Position numbers and translations under genes: made by a program. DNA of 62,011 nucleotides from Endomicrobiaceae bacterium. GTDB lineage: Bacteria > Elusimicrobiota > Endomicrobiia > Endomicrobiales > Endomicrobiaceae. Of the stretch, positions 56,940 to 62,011 are shown piece by piece. The notes under the pieces are model-generated. The model did no database searches, had not been told where the DNA came from, and saw nothing but the letters and a program-made list of their open reading frames with translations. Position 1 is the stretch's first letter; each line of letters opens with the position of its first letter. The stretch spans positions 1 through 62,011 of the forward strand of contig JAZNAT010000160.1 of NCBI GenBank assembly GCA_045586665.1, in the 5' to 3' direction.

Positions 56940-58664
56940 ATGGAAAAAGATTTACAGACATTAAGACATTCTACATCACATCTTATGGCAGCAGCCGTTT
57001 TGGAGTTGTTTCCGGGAACAAAAGTTGCCATAGGTCCTTCAATAGAAGAAGGGTTTTATTATGATTTCGACAGAAAAGAACCTTTTACCGTTGAAGATTT
57101 ATCAAAGATAGAAGAAAAAATGCACGAACTTGCAAAAAAAGACGACCCTTTTATTTGCACAACCGTAAAAAAAGAAGATGCCATAAAACTTTTTGAAGAA
57201 AAAGGTGAAAAATATAAAAAAGAGTTGGCACAGGCTATTGACGGGGATACGGTAACATTTTATCAGTCGGGACAATTTACAGACCTTTGCAGAGGACCTC
57301 ATATAAAATCTACCGGCGAAATAAAACATTTTAAACTTTTATCCGTTGCAGGTGCTTATTGGAGAGGGGATTCCGAAAGAGAACAATTACAGAGAATTTA
57401 CGGAACTGCATTTTATACAAAAAAAGATTTGGATGAATATTTGAATAAACTTGAAGAAGCTGCAAAAAGAGACCATAGAAAACTCGGTAAAGAACTTGAT
57501 TTGTTCTCCATAAACGATGCCGTCGGCGGCGGACTTGTTTTATGGCATCCCAAAGGTGCAATGATAAGACATATTATCGAAAGTGAATGGAAAAATTTTC
57601 ATTTGGATAACGGATATGAACTTTTGTGCACACCTCATATTGCAAGCGAAGAACTTTATGCAATAAGCGGACATTTACAAACATATTCGGAAAATATGTA
57701 TGCTCCTATGGAAATTGAAGGCAAACCTTATAGAGTAAAACCTATGAACTGCCCTATGCATTTGATGATTTATAAAACAAAACTTCATTCTTACAGAGAA
57801 CTTCCTATAAGATACGGGGAACTGGGAACCGTTTACAGATACGAAAAGTCGGGCGTTCTTCACGGACTTATGAGAGTAAGAGGATTTACTCAAGACGACG
57901 GACATGTTATAGTTCAGCCGGAACTGTTGGAAGAAGAAGTTTTAACCGTATTTAAGATGGCAATAAACTGCTTACAGATGTTCGGTTTTAAAGAATATAA
58001 AATTTATCTTGCGACAAGACCTGAAAAAAAGTATGTAGGTGAAATAGAAAAATGGAACGATGCGGAAAAATCTCTTGAAAATGCATTGAAAAAAACAGGC
58101 TATGACTATGAAGTCGATGCAGGCGGCGGAGCATTTTACGGACCGAAAATCGATATTAAAATAAAAGACGCTATCGGAAGACTTTGGCAGTGTTCTACAA
58201 TACAGTTCGATTTCAATTTACCGGAAAGATTCGATATTTATTACATAGACAAAGAAGGTAAAAAAGCAAGACCTTATATGATTCACAGAGCGTTGATGGG
58301 CTCTTTTGAAAGATTTATAGGTGCTTTAATCGAACACTATGCAGGAGCGTTGCCTGTTTGGGTATCTCCCGTTCAAGCTGCGGTTTTAAATATTGCTCCC
58401 GAACAAGAATCATATTGTAAAGATGTCGTTAAGAAATTGAAAGAATCAGGTATCAGAGTAAACTTCGACGACAGAAACGAAAAAATCGGGCACAAGATAA
58501 GAGAAAATGCAATGCAGAAAATTCCTTACTTGTTGGTTGTCGGAGGTAAAGAAGTCGAATCAGGTTCGGTTGCCGTCAGAGCAAGAGGAAACAAAGATTT
58601 GGGTTCAATGCCTGTGGAAAAGTTCATCGAACTTGTAAAAGATGATGTGAAAAATAAAAAATAA
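56940..58664 (+). CDS. thrS: threonine--tRNA ligase (no N-terminal TGS domain)
   Basis: Starts at the editing-domain motif 'LRHSTSHLMAAAV'. Class II motifs 'YRELPIRYGELGTVYRYE', 'RVRGFTQDDGH' and 'GAFYGPKID', plus a C-terminal anticodon-binding domain. Confidence 0.9.
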   Translation: MEKDLQTLRHSTSHLMAAAVLELFPGTKVAIGPSIEEGFYYDFDRKEPFTVEDLSKIEEKMHELAKKDDPFICTTVKKEDAIKLFEEKGEKYKKELAQAIDGDTVTFYQSGQFTDLCRGPHIKSTGEIKHFKLLSVAGAYWRGDSEREQLQRIYGTAFYTKKDLDEYLNKLEEAAKRDHRKLGKELDLFSINDAVGGGLVLWHPKGAMIRHIIESEWKNFHLDNGYELLCTPHIASEELYAISGHLQTYSENMYAPMEIEGKPYRVKPMNCPMHLMIYKTKLHSYRELPIRYGELGTVYRYEKSGVLHGLMRVRGFTQDDGHVIVQPELLEEEVLTVFKMAINCLQMFGFKEYKIYLATRPEKKYVGEIEKWNDAEKSLENALKKTGYDYEVDAGGGAFYGPKIDIKIKDAIGRLWQCSTIQFDFNLPERFDIYYIDKEGKKARPYMIHRALMGSFERFIGALIEHYAGALPVWVSPVQAAVLNIAPEQESYCKDVVKKLKESGIRVNFDDRNEKIGHKIRENAMQKIPYLLVVGGKEVESGSVAVRARGNKDLGSMPVEKFIELVKDDVKNKK

Positions 58665-58680
58665 TAAATAATAAATAATA

Positions 58681-58727
58681 AAATAAGCTGATAAGGTGAT
58701 AAGCTGATAAGATGATAAGATGATAAG
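58681..58727 (+). repeat. octamer-period direct repeat: one degenerate unit then TGATAAG x5 (a 7-mer plus 1 nt)
   Basis: TGATAAG occurs at 58689, 58697, 58705, 58713 and 58721, and aaATAAG at 58681. It is preceded by TAATAAA x3 (period 7, 58662-58683), which begins with the thrS stop codon. Confidence 0.9.
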
Positions 58728-58838
58728 TTTGTTATAAAAATTTTGTAAACAATAAAATACCGACAACTTCTCAGCTAAGAAAATGTAAATTTTCGTTTTC
58801 AGTTATCTCAGCTCCTCAGCTAAATAAAAGAGGATAAA

Positions 58839-59903
58839 ATGGCATATAAAGGTTTGATTGAAAAATATAGAAAGTATTTGCCGGTAAGCGAAAAAACTCC
58901 GGTAATAACTTTGCACGAAGGAGATACTCCGTTAATTCCTGCAAGAAACCTTGCAAAAGAAATAGGTTTTCCCGGGACGATATATTTTAAATATGAAGGT
59001 TTGAATCCTACCGGTTCTTTTAAAGACAGAGGCATGACGATGGTCGTATCGAAAGCCGTTGAAGAAGGCAGTAAAGCCGTTATTTGTGCTTCAACCGGTA
59101 ACACATCGGCATCGGCTGCAGCTTATGCTGCAAGAGCAGGTATAAAGTGTGTAGTTTTAATTCCTGAAGGGAAAATTGCTTTAGGTAAACTTTCGCAAGC
59201 CGTTATGCACGGTGCATTGGTACTTGAAATAGACGGAAATTTCGATAAAGCTCTTGAACTTGTAAAAGATTTAAGCAAAAATTATCCGTTGACTTTGGTA
59301 AATTCAATTAACCCGTACAGAATACAAGGACAAAAAACGGGAGCATTTGAAATTTGCGAATATTTGGAGCAGGCTCCCGACTATCAGTTTATGCCCGTCG
59401 GTAATGCAGGTAACATTACGGCTTATTGGAAAGGGTATAAAGAATTCAATCAATTGTTTCCCGAAAAGTATAAATTGCCTAAAATTATGGGCTTTCAGGC
59501 AGAAGGTGCAGCTCCTATAGTCAGAGGTTATCCTATAGAAAAGCCTGAAACATTGGCTACGGCAATAAGAATAGGCAACCCTGCATCTTGGAAAACGGCT
59601 GAAGAAGCAAGAGATGAGTCCAAAGGTGTTATAGATATGGTCAGTGACGATGATATTATAGAAGCTTACAAGATGATAGCAAGATACGAAGGCGTTTTTG
59701 CAGAACCAGCTTCGGCATCGTCTTTTGCAGGTTTATTGAAATATACAAGAAAAGGTTATTTTAACGGACAAAAAGATTTGAAAGCCGTTTGTATATTGAC
59801 GGGACACGGATTAAAAGATCCCGACAATGCGGTTAAAAGTTCAACAAAACCTACACAAGTTAAAGCCGATATGAAAGAAATCATAAAGGCGATAGGTTTA
59901 TAA
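58839..59903 (+). CDS. thrC: threonine synthase
   Basis: PLP-Lys motif 'EGLNPTGSFKDRGM', 'CASTGNTSAS', 'GNAGN'. Confidence 0.9.
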   Translation: MAYKGLIEKYRKYLPVSEKTPVITLHEGDTPLIPARNLAKEIGFPGTIYFKYEGLNPTGSFKDRGMTMVVSKAVEEGSKAVICASTGNTSASAAAYAARAGIKCVVLIPEGKIALGKLSQAVMHGALVLEIDGNFDKALELVKDLSKNYPLTLVNSINPYRIQGQKTGAFEICEYLEQAPDYQFMPVGNAGNITAYWKGYKEFNQLFPEKYKLPKIMGFQAEGAAPIVRGYPIEKPETLATAIRIGNPASWKTAEEARDESKGVIDMVSDDDIIEAYKMIARYEGVFAEPASASSFAGLLKYTRKGYFNGQKDLKAVCILTGHGLKDPDNAVKSSTKPTQVKADMKEIIKAIGL

Positions 59904-59985
59904 AATAGTTTTTAGTTTTTTTTATTTTCTGTTGACTTTAAGCGTTATAAAAAACTAAAACTATAATTCGGTAACAAATATTTAA

Positions 59986-60016
59986 AAACGGCAATGTTTT
60001 TACATTGCCGTTTTTT
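59986..60016 (+). terminator. rho-independent terminator after thrC
   Basis: Stem AAACGGCAATGT / ACATTGCCGTTT, loop TTTT, then a T run. Confidence 0.85.
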
Positions 60017-60056
60017 GTATAATGTTTTATTAAAGAATTTATTGTGGGAGAAAATT

Positions 60057-60356
60057 ATGGTTGAAGAAATAAAAAAACAGGAAATTAAAATAGAAATAGA
60101 CGAACAGACGGCAGACGGAAGTTATTCCAATTTAGCTTTAATAACTCATTCGCAAACTGAGTTTGTTATAGATTTTATTTTTGTTCAACCGCAAAACGGT
60201 AAAGCTAAAGTTAAAAATAGAATAATAACTTCTCCTTTACATGCGAAAAAATTTTTACAAGCATTGCAGGATAATGTTGCCAAATATGAGATGAAATTCG
60301 GGCAAATAAAAAATTCGGAAACAACTCAGCAGGAACAATCAAAATTTTATAATTAA
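60057..60356 (+). CDS. DUF3467-like small protein
   Basis: 'YSNLALITHSQTEFVIDFIF' is the pattern I associate with DUF3467. GGGAG lies 6 nt before ATG 60057. The track ORF 59994 extension overlaps the terminator. Confidence 0.6.
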   Translation: MVEEIKKQEIKIEIDEQTADGSYSNLALITHSQTEFVIDFIFVQPQNGKAKVKNRIITSPLHAKKFLQALQDNVAKYEMKFGQIKNSETTQQEQSKFYN

Positions 60357-60378
60357 TTTTTAACGGACGGTAAATAAA

Positions 60379-61692
60379 TTGAATATAGAACTTATTTGCA
60401 GCGGCAGCGAACTTTTAACCGGAAAACTTAATACACATGCAAGTTTTATCGGTACAAAACTTAACGATATAGGGTTGTCTTTGTCGTTGATTACAACCGT
60501 TGCCGATAGAAAAAATGAATTTAAAGAGGTTTTAAAAGAAGCGGTAAAAAGAAGTTCCATTATAATAGTTACGGGAGGTTTGGGACCTACTTTCGACGAT
60601 ATAACCGTAGAAACGGTATCTGAAATCTTAAATGTAAAAACTTATAAAGACGAAGCCGTTCAACAGGCGATAGTTCAATACTTTGAAAAAAGAGGAATAA
60701 AAAATCCGGCACACAATAACGAAAGACAATCTTATATTTTGGAAGGAGCAAAAGTTTTGGATAACAGGTTCGGAACGGCTCCCGGGCAAATGTTACATTT
60801 CAGTTATAGCTCAGACGATGGCAAAAAAGTAAGAAAAACGATATTTTTGCTTCCCGGTCCTCCCAGAGAAATGCATCCGATGTTTGAAGAAGCCGTTTTG
60901 CCTTTTATGAGAAGTTATCAAATTAAAATGAAAAAAACTTTAATACTGCATATTTGCGGTATGGCGGAATCTTTGGTTGACGAAAAAATAAAACCGACGC
61001 TGGATTATTTGTCCAATAACGATGATATTGAGTTTGCAATCTTGGCACACAAATTTTTAATAGACGTGAAGGTTTCGGTAAGCGGAGAAAACGAACTTAT
61101 AATAGACGATATGTTAAAAAATATCAATAATGAATTTATAAACGTTTTAGGCGACAATATTTACGGATATAACGGCGATACTTTGGAAGGTGTCGTTCAA
61201 AAAATGTTGATAGAAACAAAAAGAACGGTATCGGTTGCAGAATCCTGTACCGGTGGAATGGTTGCGGCAAAACTTACAAATACTGCGGGCAGTTCCGTAT
61301 GTTTCAAACAGTCCGTAGTTACTTATTCCAACGAAGCAAAAATTCAAGTTTTAAATGTAAAAAAAGAAACGTTGGAACAATTCGGTGCCGTAAGCGAACA
61401 GACGGCAAATGAAATGCTTGACGGAATTTTAAGCTTATCGAATTCGGAATATGCAATAAGTATTACCGGAATTGCAGGTCCCGGAGGCGGCAGTGCGGAA
61501 AAGCCGGTAGGACTTGTTTTTATAGGAGTATCTTTTAACGGTAAAAACGAAGTAAACAGATTTCAGTTTTTGGGAACAAGACAAGATGTAAGAGAAAGAG
61601 CGACTAATGTTGCACTTGACTCTTTAAGAAGATTGATACTGAAAACAAGAACTAAAAAAGTTACAAAGACGGTTGAAAGGTTGGACAGTTGA
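60379..61692 (+). CDS. cinA: CinA-family competence/damage-inducible protein (MoCF-binding + PncC nicotinamide-nucleotide amidase domains)
   Basis: 'GSELL.GK..NTHA', 'VTGGLGPT.DD', 'PGPP.EM', C-terminal 'VAESCTGG', 'ITGIAGPGGG'. TTG start. Confidence 0.85.
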   Translation: MNIELICSGSELLTGKLNTHASFIGTKLNDIGLSLSLITTVADRKNEFKEVLKEAVKRSSIIIVTGGLGPTFDDITVETVSEILNVKTYKDEAVQQAIVQYFEKRGIKNPAHNNERQSYILEGAKVLDNRFGTAPGQMLHFSYSSDDGKKVRKTIFLLPGPPREMHPMFEEAVLPFMRSYQIKMKKTLILHICGMAESLVDEKIKPTLDYLSNNDDIEFAILAHKFLIDVKVSVSGENELIIDDMLKNINNEFINVLGDNIYGYNGDTLEGVVQKMLIETKRTVSVAESCTGGMVAAKLTNTAGSSVCFKQSVVTYSNEAKIQVLNVKKETLEQFGAVSEQTANEMLDGILSLSNSEYAISITGIAGPGGGSAEKPVGLVFIGVSFNGKNEVNRFQFLGTRQDVRERATNVALDSLRRLILKTRTKKVTKTVERLDS

Positions 61693-61711
61693 AAAGTTGA
61701 AAGGTTTTTTG
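61672..61711 (+). repeat. octamer-period direct repeat GTTGAAAG / GTTGGACA / GTTGAAAA / GTTGAAAG / GTTTTTTG spanning the cinA stop codon
   Basis: GTTG/GTTT recurs at 61672, 61680, 61688, 61696 and 61704. The cinA TGA (61690-61692) lies inside unit 3. Confidence 0.8.
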
Positions 61712-61734
61712 GAGAAGATAATTAATTATTTAAC

Positions 61735-61755
61735 AAAAATTGCTTTGCAATTTTT
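61735..61755 (+). terminator. AT-rich hairpin terminator after cinA
   Basis: AAAAATTGC-TTT-GCAATTTTT. Confidence 0.5.
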
Positions 61756-61798
61756 ACCGAAAACTATTCAACCGTTAAAAAAACATCGGAGATTTTTT

Positions 61799-62011
61799 AT
61801 GAGATATTTAGGAATAGATTACGGCAAAAAAAGAATAGGATTGGCATTATCCGATATTATGGGAATGATGGCACAACCTTTTGATGTTATAGAATTTAAA
61901 GGTCTTAAAAATAATATAGAAAACATTTTAAAAATAGCTGAAGAAAAAGAAGTGTCTTGTATAGTCGTGGGAAAACCGGTAAATATGAATGCTACCGAAG
62001 GTGAAATGGCG
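61799..62011 (+). CDS. ruvX: Holliday-junction resolvase-like nuclease RuvX/YqgF (3' end outside window)
   Basis: This gene is absent from the ORF track because no stop codon falls in the window. My own translation from ATG 61799 gives 'MRYLGIDYGKKRIGLALSD...VSCIVVGKPVNMNATEG', the YqgF signature. GGAG lies 8 nt upstream. Confidence 0.8.
   Translation, partial: MRYLGIDYGKKRIGLALSDIMGMMAQPFDVIEFKGLKNNIENILKIAEEKEVSCIVVGKPVNMNATEGEMA

Noticed and set aside
56843-57064. Plus-strand ORF of 73 aa overlapping the thrS start in another frame.
   Set aside because: It overlaps a strongly supported thrS reading frame, has no RBS and has an unremarkable basic composition.
58681-58727. Possible CRISPR array or other spacer-containing repeat.
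   Set aside because: The units are 8 nt and directly abutting with no spacers. No cas genes are in the window.
59905-59964. Long AT-only imperfect inverted repeat (ATAGTTTTTAGTTTTTTTTAT ... ATAAAAAACTAAAACTAT) right after thrC.
   Set aside because: It has two bulges and is entirely A/T, so it is a very weak structure. A strong canonical terminator follows at 59986, so I treat this as low-complexity sequence.

Overview
This is a gene-dense 62-kb chromosome segment with about 56 CDS and 4 tRNAs. It comes from a low-GC bacterium with an outer membrane, judged from the TolC-like protein, OmpA-family protein, Wza-like lipoprotein, RND efflux pump and a lipid-A-type sugar aminotransferase/oxidoreductase pair. 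Almost everything is core metabolism or housekeeping.

Gene content in order:
- AddA/AddB-like nuclease pair, then a Wza/Wzc polysaccharide export pair.
- A long same-strand nucleoside/pentose/glycolysis block: tpiA, pduL, rpiB, deoC, split transketolase, deoB, punA, pdp.
- recJ, ppdK, an OmpA-family protein, tmk-holB-PSP1, psd-pssA, leuA-leuC.
- A TetR/TolC/MFP/RND efflux cassette, tilS, and a histidine kinase / multi-REC / histidine kinase operon.
- A small envelope gene trio plus a low-molecular-weight tyrosine phosphatase.
- nadC, rsmE, mtaB, gap-pgk, secG with tRNA-Leu and tRNA-Gly, ndk, pckG, thrS, thrC, cinA, ruvX.

I saw no transposase, integrase, phage, CRISPR, restriction or recognisable defence genes. 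I cannot point to a convincing new multi-gene system. The most unusual things I can support from the sequence are:
1. Several independent short direct-repeat arrays with a strict 8-nt period (a 7-mer plus 1 nt). They sit at gene 3' ends and in intergenic spacers: thrS/thrC, gap/pgk, the rsmE stop and the cinA stop.
2. A signalling operon with no output domain (sensor kinase, triple receiver-like protein, soluble kinase) that appears to be transcribed behind tRNA-Thr.
3. Two uncharacterised envelope proteins, one DUF4139-like and one TM-HAMP-GAF-GAF with no output domain, translationally coupled into the nucleoside-catabolism block.
4. An efflux cassette bracketed by two near-identical terminator hairpins, next to a leuA-leuC pair that lacks leuD and leuB.
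5. A structured thrS leader.

All protein calls rest on motifs recognised by eye in the supplied translations. No database search was run.
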